From Promethearchaeota archaeon (lineage in GTDB: Archaea; Asgardarchaeota; Lokiarchaeia; Sigyniarchaeales; SOKP01), in NCBI GenBank assembly GCA_019058365.1, contig JAHPZE010000029.1:1-56371 (forward strand): a stretch of 56,371 nucleotides of DNA, in the 5' to 3' direction. The notes beneath the pieces are model-generated. The model saw nothing but the letters and a program-made list of their open reading frames with translations, did no database searches and was not told the origin of the DNA. Each line of letters starts with the position of its first letter. The stretch's first letter is position 1. This document shows, piece by piece, positions 10,422-19,133 of the stretch. A program made the position numbers and the translations under genes.

Positions 10422-10727
10422 TTAATATGGATTTGTCCACTTTTTCATAATTTGTGTAAAGGTTTCAGAATCTCTTGAAATCTCAATGCTTCTTATAATA
10501 CCTACATTTCGTATCTCCAATTCTGAATTAATATAACAGAGTAAAGCATGAAGAGGATTCCCATGTAAATGGATATGGGGTAAATGAATATTTATATTTT
10601 TGCTTTTTAGAATAACATCTTCTACACCAATAGAAATCTTCTCATTACATTGAGGACAAGTGATTGAGATTTTTGATGTGTGCTTCACATCTTTAACATT
10701 TTTAATTTTGCCAAATACAACTACGAT
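10422..10727 (-). CDS. Small Zn-binding protein (CPQC...HxHxHGxPxH)
   Basis: Track ORF starts at GTG 10688; frame is open to 10733 with ATC 6 nt after GTGA. Ends just before the hel308 SD. Confidence 0.7.
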   Translation of the reverse strand: MVVVFGKIKNVKDVKHTSKISITCPQCNEKISIGVEDVILKSKNINIHLPHIHLHGNPLHALLCYINSELEIRNVGIIRSIEISRDSETFTQIMKKWTNPY

Positions 10728-10889
10728 TGTAAATCACAATTATTCTTTAGTATTAAATAAATCACACTAACTAATTTAAAAGAAAAATTCTGAGTTACTG
10801 GTATTATTATAAAAATTTACAAAAAAGAACATTCTAATCAATTAATTTTAGAGTTGGCTTTAGATTTCTTATTTTAAGATTAAAAAGGA

Positions 10890-11010
10890 GACTTGCACCC
10901 ATTCTGCCGATGCAAATAAGCATCTAAATAAATTAGGAGGAGGGCGAAATCAGAGTGTAAAAATTACACTACCAAAAGACAAAAATCCAGGGCGCAGAAG
11001 GGTGTAAGTC
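10890..11010. ncRNA. Unidentified multi-stem structured element in a divergent intergenic region
   Basis: GACTTGCACCC-A-TTCTGC (10890-10907) pairs with GCAGAA-GGGTGTAAGTC (10994-11010); internal hairpins GATGC/GCATC and AGTGTAA/TTACACT; GC-rich relative to flanks. Confidence 0.55.
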
Positions 11011-11159
11011 ATAATTTTAATGATTTTTATAATTCTTGTCATTTAGTAAGATCTACCACTAAAATATAAAGTTGTTCTTTATAAATAAAAAATAATAAAA
11101 GCCCTAATTTTCTGATTTTTTTCTTTATAAGTAAATGAATTATTTTTTTTTTGATACGT

Positions 11160-13214
11160 ATGACGGATACAGAACAGAATTTATTGCAGAAAAAACCAGA
11201 TTTGAAATTATACTATGAAATGGCTCATGAGGCTGCTCAAGCAAACAATGTTGATGAAGCTCGTAAGATTTCCCTAAATGGTTTAAAAATAGCCCAGTCT
11301 CAGAAGAGACCAGATTGGGTTGATAAATTCGATTCATTTAATTCCCAGTTACCTCAAAAAGTATCAAATACCTCTTTAACCCCAAGTATAGTAAAAGAAG
11401 ATCTGACTGTTGTGAAAGGTATTGGGCCTTCCGTTGCAGAAAGATTAACTAATGCGGGAATAATTTCTATAAATATGCTTGCAAGGTCAAATGCTACAAA
11501 ATTAGCTTTAATTCCAGGGATAGGATTATCCACAGCTCAAAAAATGATCGATAGAGCGTTGGACCATTTACATACAAAAACTTTGGATGGTTTTTCTCAC
11601 TTAAATGAGATATCTAATAGTGAAAATCAAATTAATATTAAAGGCGAAAAAAATAATGAAATTGTTAGTAGTGAGAATTATAAAGAGCAAAAACGAAATA
11701 AAACCTTCGAAGAAGTGTCTGCAGAGGATCTTGCCTCAGAACCTGCAAAGTTAAATGTCAAGACTAATGGAGAACCTTGGTTTGAAGATAAGTTTAATTA
11801 TTCACGATTAACAGATGATCTTAATACGACAAAAATAGAGATTATGAAAAATGAGGATTTAAATGAATATGACGAACCCCGGATAGTTGAACAGAATGAG
11901 ATAAAATCAGAGGATTATGATGAGATAGACGAAGAATATGAAGAAGATAGCAATTATAGTCCACATGTTATAACTCCGAGTGAGTTTATTAGTGAAATTG
12001 CTCCTAATGAGTCAGCGAATAATGAAGAACAAAAGGAAACTCTTACTTACCAAGAGATGAATAGGTTAAGAGAAAAAATAAGAAAACACTTAAAATCATG
12101 TGAATTCTTAACTGTTGATAGAAATTCAGATTTTCGCGCTATTTTTACGGGAATTGATTTATTAGCATTAAAGAGAATTCGCGTAAATGAATTCCTTGAT
12201 TTATTATATATATTACCTATCAAAGCGAGCAATCTTAAAGGTAAATTTATTGTTTCAGCAGGTAAAATTGATTACACCCCAAACAAAGAAAGTGAAGTGA
12301 ATTTTAATCTCAGTAAAATACTATGGTCATATGTGAAAGCTTTGCAGAAAGCGGAAACAACAATTTTTAATGATATGTCGTCTAAGGGGGTGTTATTTCA
12401 ATATATAGTAAAACACTTTCAATTTGATATTTCTGTTGAAAAAACAATTACTCATAAGTCATTATTCTTTCGATCAGGACCAATTCAATATAAATTATTA
12501 ATTGAACCACTAATAATTAGTCTTAGTAGTGTTGGATTTACTGAAAGGCTTATTCCGTTTGCGTATCAAAAACCCCATAATATTCATATAGTAGAAATAG
12601 CTCAATTTAGAGATGTTTTACATTTTCTTGATCAGAAATATTTCCTCATTGAAACATATCAGGAAAAAAAAAGTGCTCTCTCAATAAATTGTGAAGCTGA
12701 AGAGAGATTCATGAAAGGTGTACGGAAATATTCAAGTCCTTTTATATTATATGGATTTACGTTATTGATAATATTTCTATTTCAAGGATTTTCATTATTA
12801 ACTATATTAATTAATATAGGATATGGAGTTGTAGGACTCTATATTATAGTAATTGGTTATATATACCTAAGGTTTTTTACAGAAAAAAGAAAGATTAAGC
12901 AAGAGTTTGTAACTCCTTATTATCAGAAGAAAGTTAAATTAGATGATATAGGGTTAACGCTCATAAGAGAAGAGTTAACTCCAAAACTTATGGAACAGTT
13001 TGTGTATGAAGTAATGGGAAATAACAATAACTCCCGTTTAATAGCAGAAATAGAACAAACAAACGCTCGGGATTTTCTTGAATCTAAAAAAATAAAAAAT
13101 CTCGTTGATAAAACAGATTTTTTTGAAGAAGAAGGGAAAGGGCCGAGTAGGAGTGAAAATTCTAAAGTAACAAGCACATTAATAGAAAAATATAGCTCAT
13201 TTTTGGAGGATTGA
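11160..13214 (+). CDS. Membrane protein with tandem helix-hairpin-helix DNA-binding domain, acidic linker, restriction-endonuclease-like fold and 2 TM helices
   Basis: DLTVVKGIGPSVAERL...LIPGIGLSTAQKM (HhH pair); GIDLLALK...LPIK resembles a PD-(D/E)XK core; two hydrophobic helices near the C-terminus. Confidence 0.7.
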   Translation: MTDTEQNLLQKKPDLKLYYEMAHEAAQANNVDEARKISLNGLKIAQSQKRPDWVDKFDSFNSQLPQKVSNTSLTPSIVKEDLTVVKGIGPSVAERLTNAGIISINMLARSNATKLALIPGIGLSTAQKMIDRALDHLHTKTLDGFSHLNEISNSENQINIKGEKNNEIVSSENYKEQKRNKTFEEVSAEDLASEPAKLNVKTNGEPWFEDKFNYSRLTDDLNTTKIEIMKNEDLNEYDEPRIVEQNEIKSEDYDEIDEEYEEDSNYSPHVITPSEFISEIAPNESANNEEQKETLTYQEMNRLREKIRKHLKSCEFLTVDRNSDFRAIFTGIDLLALKRIRVNEFLDLLYILPIKASNLKGKFIVSAGKIDYTPNKESEVNFNLSKILWSYVKALQKAETTIFNDMSSKGVLFQYIVKHFQFDISVEKTITHKSLFFRSGPIQYKLLIEPLIISLSSVGFTERLIPFAYQKPHNIHIVEIAQFRDVLHFLDQKYFLIETYQEKKSALSINCEAEERFMKGVRKYSSPFILYGFTLLIIFLFQGFSLLTILINIGYGVVGLYIIVIGYIYLRFFTEKRKIKQEFVTPYYQKKVKLDDIGLTLIREELTPKLMEQFVYEVMGNNNNSRLIAEIEQTNARDFLESKKIKNLVDKTDFFEEEGKGPSRSENSKVTSTLIEKYSSFLED

Positions 13215-13948
13215 TGTCAATACGGATTATTAGCGGCTTTAAGCTCAGCTTTCTAATTGGCTTAATACTGTTATTTTTATCACCATTTATGGAATGGTAT
13301 TCTTATCAAATTTTTACATTAGAAAATGAACTTGTTGTATCATGGAAGTATAATATATTTTTTGAATGGTCAACCTCGTTATTTCCTAGTACCCCTTTCA
13401 ATGAGGCATTACGCCCCAAGAATTTAGTTATACCGCTAGTTATTAATGTTCTTTTATTTGTTTCCATTATTCTTTCTGGATATGTAGTTTTGTTTAAAAA
13501 TGTTGAGAAGGTAGAATCTTTAGATAAATTCACTCCTTATTCATATATTCTTGGACTTTTACTCGTATTGAATCTATTTTATATTGTCATCTTTCCTGTA
13601 ATGTATTTACTACCTCAAGGATTATATTTTCCTTTTTTACAAATTGTCGATTTTGATTCAACATTTATTTACATTCTAACGTGTAGTCAGGGTTACATAA
13701 TACAATCTATTGCATTTCCGTTAATTTTTCCGTATATTATATTTTATTTTAAAACAATTAGCACATTTCAGCAGAAGGAGAAAATACCTGAAACAATCAT
13801 AACGAAAATAATAGAAAAAGCTCAAGAACCGATAGATCTTGATAAATTAATAGCTCAAGAAGAGTTAAAGCAAAAATTTAAGAAAAAAAAGCCTCAAGAA
13901 GATAATCTCGAGAATTTTATAACTACTTTTATAGAGGGAAATGTATAA
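13214..13948 (+). CDS. Four-TM membrane protein with charged C-terminal tail
   Basis: Four hydrophobic segments; ATG overlaps the upstream TGA (TGATG). Confidence 0.75.
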   Translation: MSIRIISGFKLSFLIGLILLFLSPFMEWYSYQIFTLENELVVSWKYNIFFEWSTSLFPSTPFNEALRPKNLVIPLVINVLLFVSIILSGYVVLFKNVEKVESLDKFTPYSYILGLLLVLNLFYIVIFPVMYLLPQGLYFPFLQIVDFDSTFIYILTCSQGYIIQSIAFPLIFPYIIFYFKTISTFQQKEKIPETIITKIIEKAQEPIDLDKLIAQEELKQKFKKKKPQEDNLENFITTFIEGNV

Positions 13949-14818
13949 ATGAGCGACACTGTTCTCGATTTAAAGATTAAGTCCTTGATCCAAGTGTGTA
14001 AAGAAACGAGAAATAATAAGAAACTATCGGTTGTAAGCTTTATTTTGACTAGCAACAAATTAGATGAGATAGGAATCAAGCTTGGAATAAGAAAACGTAA
14101 TAAAAAATCGGGAGAAAAAATTTTCGAATATATGACTCTGATAAATGACATTTTTGACCAAAACTTAAAGATTCGGATTATTGCTAAAGAATTAATTGAG
14201 GTTGTAAAGAAGTGTGAATTATTATTTTTACGTAATAAAGGAGTAATTCCTTATGATTGTATTAAATCAATGTATCACGTTTATTATGAAATGAGAAAAT
14301 TAGAAGTTCCAAATCTTCATAATAGTCTAATTAAAGATGTATTTCTAGAGTCTTCACAATTAGGCTTCTTTTCTTACTTATCCCCACATATAAAGCGAAA
14401 ACAAAATGAGCAAAATATATTAAAACCTCTCATAATTCAAAAGATAAAAGAAAAAGAATTATTCATTAAAAGAGAGTTAGAGCATAGTTTTAATAGCCAA
14501 CTGTTTGAAGACGCAATCCAGCTGCATTCAGTAAAAAATTCATTAACTAAGAGGAGGAAAAATAAAATCATAGTTCAGGGATCATTAAAACAAGATCTCT
14601 CATACCAAAAATCTATTGAAGATATTTTTAAATATTTAGTATTAGGGTTAATTATTCTGCTCTTTTTATTGGGTTCAATCATATTGATTGAGGTTATGTA
14701 TCTTCCCACAGAAATAAGTGGTCTTAGTTCATGGTCTTTCTTTTTTTTAGGACCCGCAGCTATTTTAATTCTAATATATATACGGTTTTTTAAAAGGGAG
14801 GGTGTATTAAATGGTTAA
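13949..14818 (+). CDS. Hypothetical protein, soluble helical N-terminus plus 2 C-terminal TM helices
   Basis: ATG directly abuts the upstream TAA; hydrophobic hairpin at the C-terminus. Confidence 0.75.
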   Translation: MSDTVLDLKIKSLIQVCKETRNNKKLSVVSFILTSNKLDEIGIKLGIRKRNKKSGEKIFEYMTLINDIFDQNLKIRIIAKELIEVVKKCELLFLRNKGVIPYDCIKSMYHVYYEMRKLEVPNLHNSLIKDVFLESSQLGFFSYLSPHIKRKQNEQNILKPLIIQKIKEKELFIKRELEHSFNSQLFEDAIQLHSVKNSLTKRRKNKIIVQGSLKQDLSYQKSIEDIFKYLVLGLIILLFLLGSIILIEVMYLPTEISGLSSWSFFFLGPAAILILIYIRFFKREGVLNG

Positions 14819-17800
14819 AAGCTATACTCATGAAGATCACCAAAATTTCTCTCGAAAAAAAAGTATAAAGAAAAATGAGATAGAAGATGATTTTAGAGAA
14901 GATAGTAAATCATACTTAGATATCTGGAACGTAAATCCCTCATTTAAAGATATAAATAATAATATATCTATTAGAAAAACAGTTTTTTTAATTATTTTAC
15001 TCTTCTTTGTCATTATTTCATCCTATATTCTATTAAAGAATCTCACTGCTTCTATTTGGAGTGGATTGATTTTAAGTATTGTTTTTATTATAGGATTTCA
15101 TGATGAGTTCTTCATGTTTGAAAACCTTTTTTCTACAATATTTCATAGTAAAATTTCAATTGATCCCTTTAAACATTTAATATTTTGGTATGATTCAGAT
15201 GATCCTACAACTTTATTTATCTCGAATCGAAAAGACCTAACCCATATCGCAATTCGAATTTATAAAGTGGATACGATTCCTGAAAATGTTCATTCTTCAA
15301 TTAATCAATTTGTAAAAGCTCTCAGCTCTAAAAATGTAAGACTTCCGTTTTCATATCAAGTCGTACAGAAACCTATTATAAATCTGTTTAAAAAGGATGC
15401 TACACGAAATTTAACTACTCAATCCATGGCCTCTGTTATCGCTTCTATTTATTTTTCTGTATTTTATGATATTAAAGGAATTCTTACTGACAATAAAATA
15501 GACAAACTTAAATATCATGTTAAAAAATTTTCTAATACTTTAAAAAGTAATTTTATTGGAAATTTTCATCATTTTCAAGCAACATTATTATCAGATACAG
15601 CTCTCATTAATGCGATAAGAACTTTTTTTGTAAAGGAAACTTCAAAAACAACCACAGGGGTAAATAAAAGAAAAATTTTAAACGGGGTTAGATTCAATAT
15701 CTTAGTAAAAGCAGGAGTTTGTATAACATTATTACTATATTTTGAGTATATCTTCTTTTCTCTTCTTTTTCCAATGCTATATATCATCAGTATTAATCTT
15801 ATCTTAATAACAAGTATTATTTTAATTTGGTGGAGAAATGTATTCTTTGGATTCACGAAAAATAAATTGATTGGCACACCTACTATTGATATTGTAAATC
15901 CGTTCAATAATATTGAGTTCTTTAAAGTAAGAAGATATCCTTCGAGTTTATTTATTCATATTGAGAACCAATTATTAATCGGTGTTAAAATGGTTCATCT
16001 TAAATATCTTTTCAGGAAACCTTTTTGCTTAATTGGAAAGTTTCTCGAGGCTCTCAATAACCATAACATTTCCTTTAGTTATACTCTTAAAAATAAACCA
16101 ATAAATTACTATGAGTTCTATAAACATGGATTAAAACAAGTTCATGAAAAAATACAAACCCAATTGTTATGGGACAAAGTGAATGGTGTAAAAAACGAAG
16201 CAGATGCAGAACGATGGTTAGGTTACCGGTATGGTATGTGGTATAGCATATTAACTCTTTCGGTTAACTCATATAAATTCATGAGTTCAATTGTAGAAGA
16301 CGATTTTGATGAGTTAGAAGAGGAACTGACAATAAAATTAGATACGTTAAGAATTGCCTTTAATTCTAATTTTCAAAACTATGAGATTGAAGATTTGAGT
16401 TCACGATTTTTATTATCTGGATATTTATTCTCTACACTTAAAAATAACAATTTTAGATTAAACGGATCTCATCTAAACTATATTATGCTACAAGGTACAA
16501 CACTTTCACCACTTACTGCAGTAGTTGATATCCTTAAAAAAGGAACAACAACAAAAATTGCAGCTGAATTTAACACTCCATTGTACTTAGAGAATTTTAT
16601 AACAATTGGTCATACAATTAATACAGAAGTGTTAGAAAATGAAGTACCTTTTGGGTTTACATCTGACCAGTTCAAAAACTTACTTATTGTAAATGGCACT
16701 TCTTTGAATAGAGAATTAGCCTCTATGAAAATTGTAATAGAACTAATAAAAGCAGGAGTCCCTTCGTTAGTATTTGATTTTAATGGCACATGGTCGAAGC
16801 TCATTCATTATTTTGATGACACTCATTTCAAAAAGGAGCTTTTATACTTTAAATTAGGAAGTGCTTTTATAATCGACCCACTCATATCTGATATTCCCTA
16901 TGACCCTGAAAACACTGAATATTTAGAATATATGTTTGATGCCTTTGGATTAGCGTTTAGAAAAGATCAGAGGATAATTGAGATGTTTCGCAACACAATA
17001 AGAAAAAAGGCTGATATGGATCTTCCCTCAATTCAATTAGATTTACAAACGGCTAAAGATTGGGAAAAAAATCCAATTAATGACTCACTTTTAACGCTAT
17101 TTTCTGACTTTACACAACAAGATCTTACTTATTTTCAAAGTAACCAGGGAGATAGTAAAAATCAGATACGGGTTTATGATTTTGTAAAAAGTAGTAAAAC
17201 AGTTATCATAGATCTTTCGACTCTAAGAGATCTTGATAAGCAATTGTTTTTTGTATTTCTTATCATCTCGAAAATAATACATTATATCAAACATTCAAGT
17301 GAATATTTTGAAAAAACTATTTTCGTTCCAAATATAGATATATTTTTCAATTCTAGTTTCTTAGATTGGCAAATGCATTATGGCAAGATTAATACCTTCT
17401 TAGATCCTCTTATATACCATGGATTTGGATTGGTATTTTCAGCAAACCAAATTCGATATCTGCATTCCCATATTTTTAATTATTTTCATAATATTATTTC
17501 ATTTAAAGCAACAGATAAACGTGACATCTCCACATTAAAATCCCAGATGAATTTACAAGAATTATATGGTACAGGATATTATACTTCGACAAGAAATAAT
17601 ACATATCAAATCGACTATTTGATGAACATGATAAATAACGAAGTATTAATTCGAAGAGATGATATATATCAACCATTTCCGGCATCCATTGAATGGAACA
17701 AGATAAAAGATAAAACGACAATTCCATATGAAGAGATCCTACATTTTATGAAAACTCAAGGCTATGATTTACAATATGCAGAAAGAAAAATACTAGAAAG

Positions 17801-18638
17801 GGCAAAGAAAACGTTTTTTGAAAAAGATTTGGGGAATTATGCGATATATATTAATGAGATTATTAAATTTTTAGATGAATTAAAGGTGATTGACCAAATC
17901 GGCAATCTATACGCTCAAAAATTAAAAAGTCATCTGAAGGAAATATTATACCCTAAAATATCAAAAAGAACAAATAACAAACAGCAGATGAAAGTAATCA
18001 GAGATAATATTTTTAATATTTTAATAAAACATGGCTACTTAGTTGAAAACCATCCCAGAAGAGCAAGTGGTTCTGAAGCTTTAAGGACATCGTATTCAGT
18101 AGGAGAACAGTATCAAATTGCGTTAGATGATTATTTTAAAACGAAAGGAAATGCAAATACTGATATGAATGTCGAAATTTTAGAAAAAGAAATTGCGAAT
18201 TATGATGAGCTACCAAATATTTTTCCCTCCAAACCACGAAAATATATAATTCAAAAAGAACAGTTAAAGGATGCCTTAATGCGTGAATTTTCCGATTTTA
18301 ATTATGATTTATTTAAGATATATAGTTTTATCGATGAAAAAGAGTTTCAAACCGCCATAAAAATCCAAAATGGATTAATTAAAGAGTTCTTATTACGAGT
18401 GTACCAGCAATATCACAATATAGAGGAGGAGGTCTCAACTGAGGAATTAGAGCAATTTCTCGCCATGCTTGGAGATATCCAAGATTTTCCATTCTCAACC
18501 CAAGAACTAATGGAAATTGCTGAAAAGTATAAAGCTATTGATTTAGAAAAAGAAAATATCGAAATTTTAGTACAAGAAATATATCAGTTTATTTATGATT
18601 TTTTTATAAAAATTCAACATTTTATTTATGGAGAGTGA
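14811..18638 (+). CDS. Membrane-anchored HerA/VirB4/FtsK-superfamily ATPase-like protein with degenerate Walker motifs
   Basis: IGHTI...VPFG...NLLIVNGT (P-loop position), SLVFDFNGTW, VIIDLS, GFGLVFSANQ...NIISFK match the HerA/VirB4 layout; duplicated N-terminal 2TM+alpha/beta module. Confidence 0.7.
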   Translation: MVKSYTHEDHQNFSRKKSIKKNEIEDDFREDSKSYLDIWNVNPSFKDINNNISIRKTVFLIILLFFVIISSYILLKNLTASIWSGLILSIVFIIGFHDEFFMFENLFSTIFHSKISIDPFKHLIFWYDSDDPTTLFISNRKDLTHIAIRIYKVDTIPENVHSSINQFVKALSSKNVRLPFSYQVVQKPIINLFKKDATRNLTTQSMASVIASIYFSVFYDIKGILTDNKIDKLKYHVKKFSNTLKSNFIGNFHHFQATLLSDTALINAIRTFFVKETSKTTTGVNKRKILNGVRFNILVKAGVCITLLLYFEYIFFSLLFPMLYIISINLILITSIILIWWRNVFFGFTKNKLIGTPTIDIVNPFNNIEFFKVRRYPSSLFIHIENQLLIGVKMVHLKYLFRKPFCLIGKFLEALNNHNISFSYTLKNKPINYYEFYKHGLKQVHEKIQTQLLWDKVNGVKNEADAERWLGYRYGMWYSILTLSVNSYKFMSSIVEDDFDELEEELTIKLDTLRIAFNSNFQNYEIEDLSSRFLLSGYLFSTLKNNNFRLNGSHLNYIMLQGTTLSPLTAVVDILKKGTTTKIAAEFNTPLYLENFITIGHTINTEVLENEVPFGFTSDQFKNLLIVNGTSLNRELASMKIVIELIKAGVPSLVFDFNGTWSKLIHYFDDTHFKKELLYFKLGSAFIIDPLISDIPYDPENTEYLEYMFDAFGLAFRKDQRIIEMFRNTIRKKADMDLPSIQLDLQTAKDWEKNPINDSLLTLFSDFTQQDLTYFQSNQGDSKNQIRVYDFVKSSKTVIIDLSTLRDLDKQLFFVFLIISKIIHYIKHSSEYFEKTIFVPNIDIFFNSSFLDWQMHYGKINTFLDPLIYHGFGLVFSANQIRYLHSHIFNYFHNIISFKATDKRDISTLKSQMNLQELYGTGYYTSTRNNTYQIDYLMNMINNEVLIRRDDIYQPFPASIEWNKIKDKTTIPYEEILHFMKTQGYDLQYAERKILERAKKTFFEKDLGNYAIYINEIIKFLDELKVIDQIGNLYAQKLKSHLKEILYPKISKRTNNKQQMKVIRDNIFNILIKHGYLVENHPRRASGSEALRTSYSVGEQYQIALDDYFKTKGNANTDMNVEILEKEIANYDELPNIFPSKPRKYIIQKEQLKDALMREFSDFNYDLFKIYSFIDEKEFQTAIKIQNGLIKEFLLRVYQQYHNIEEEVSTEELEQFLAMLGDIQDFPFSTQELMEIAEKYKAIDLEKENIEILVQEIYQFIYDFFIKIQHFIYGE

Positions 18639-18996
18639 CCAACGATTGGAGAAAACTAATAATCTTAATGAAATGCTTGAAAAAATGTTATTTAATGAGA
18701 AGGACTTAAATATTTTAAAAATTGCTATAGACAATATGAATATGGGAAAGATATCACCTAAAGAATTAAGAAAATATATTATCGAATCTCGTGTAAAGAT
18801 AATTGAAAAACTACTCAAATTTTTTCCATTTTATCTTAAGCAAGTAACTATTGAAAAACCTTTAGAAGCACTTGCCCAGCCTCACACTAATATAAAATTG
18901 AACCAGGAATTACAAGAGAAAAATGAATTTCTTAAAGATGTAGGATCACGAGTAAATAAAATCCATAAAGAATTAAAGTATAAACTTGAGATCTGA
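18628..18996 (+). CDS. Small helical hypothetical protein, last gene of the operon
   Basis: Overlaps the upstream stop by 11 nt; 122 aa. Confidence 0.65.
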   Translation: MESDQRLEKTNNLNEMLEKMLFNEKDLNILKIAIDNMNMGKISPKELRKYIIESRVKIIEKLLKFFPFYLKQVTIEKPLEALAQPHTNIKLNQELQEKNEFLKDVGSRVNKIHKELKYKLEI

Positions 18997-19133
18997 TTTT
19001 TAATTAGTTTTATATATAAAGGAAAAAACGCTCTTCTTTCTACAACTTTTTTATTTAAATATTCTTAGGAAATTTTTAGTTAAATCTTTGTAAAGCCTGT
19101 AAAATAACATAAAATTTACAAAAAAGTAGACTA

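Noticed and set aside
11160-18996. Integrated conjugative element or provirus
   Set aside because: No integrase, relaxase, att repeats, capsid or replication genes; base composition looks like the rest of the window.
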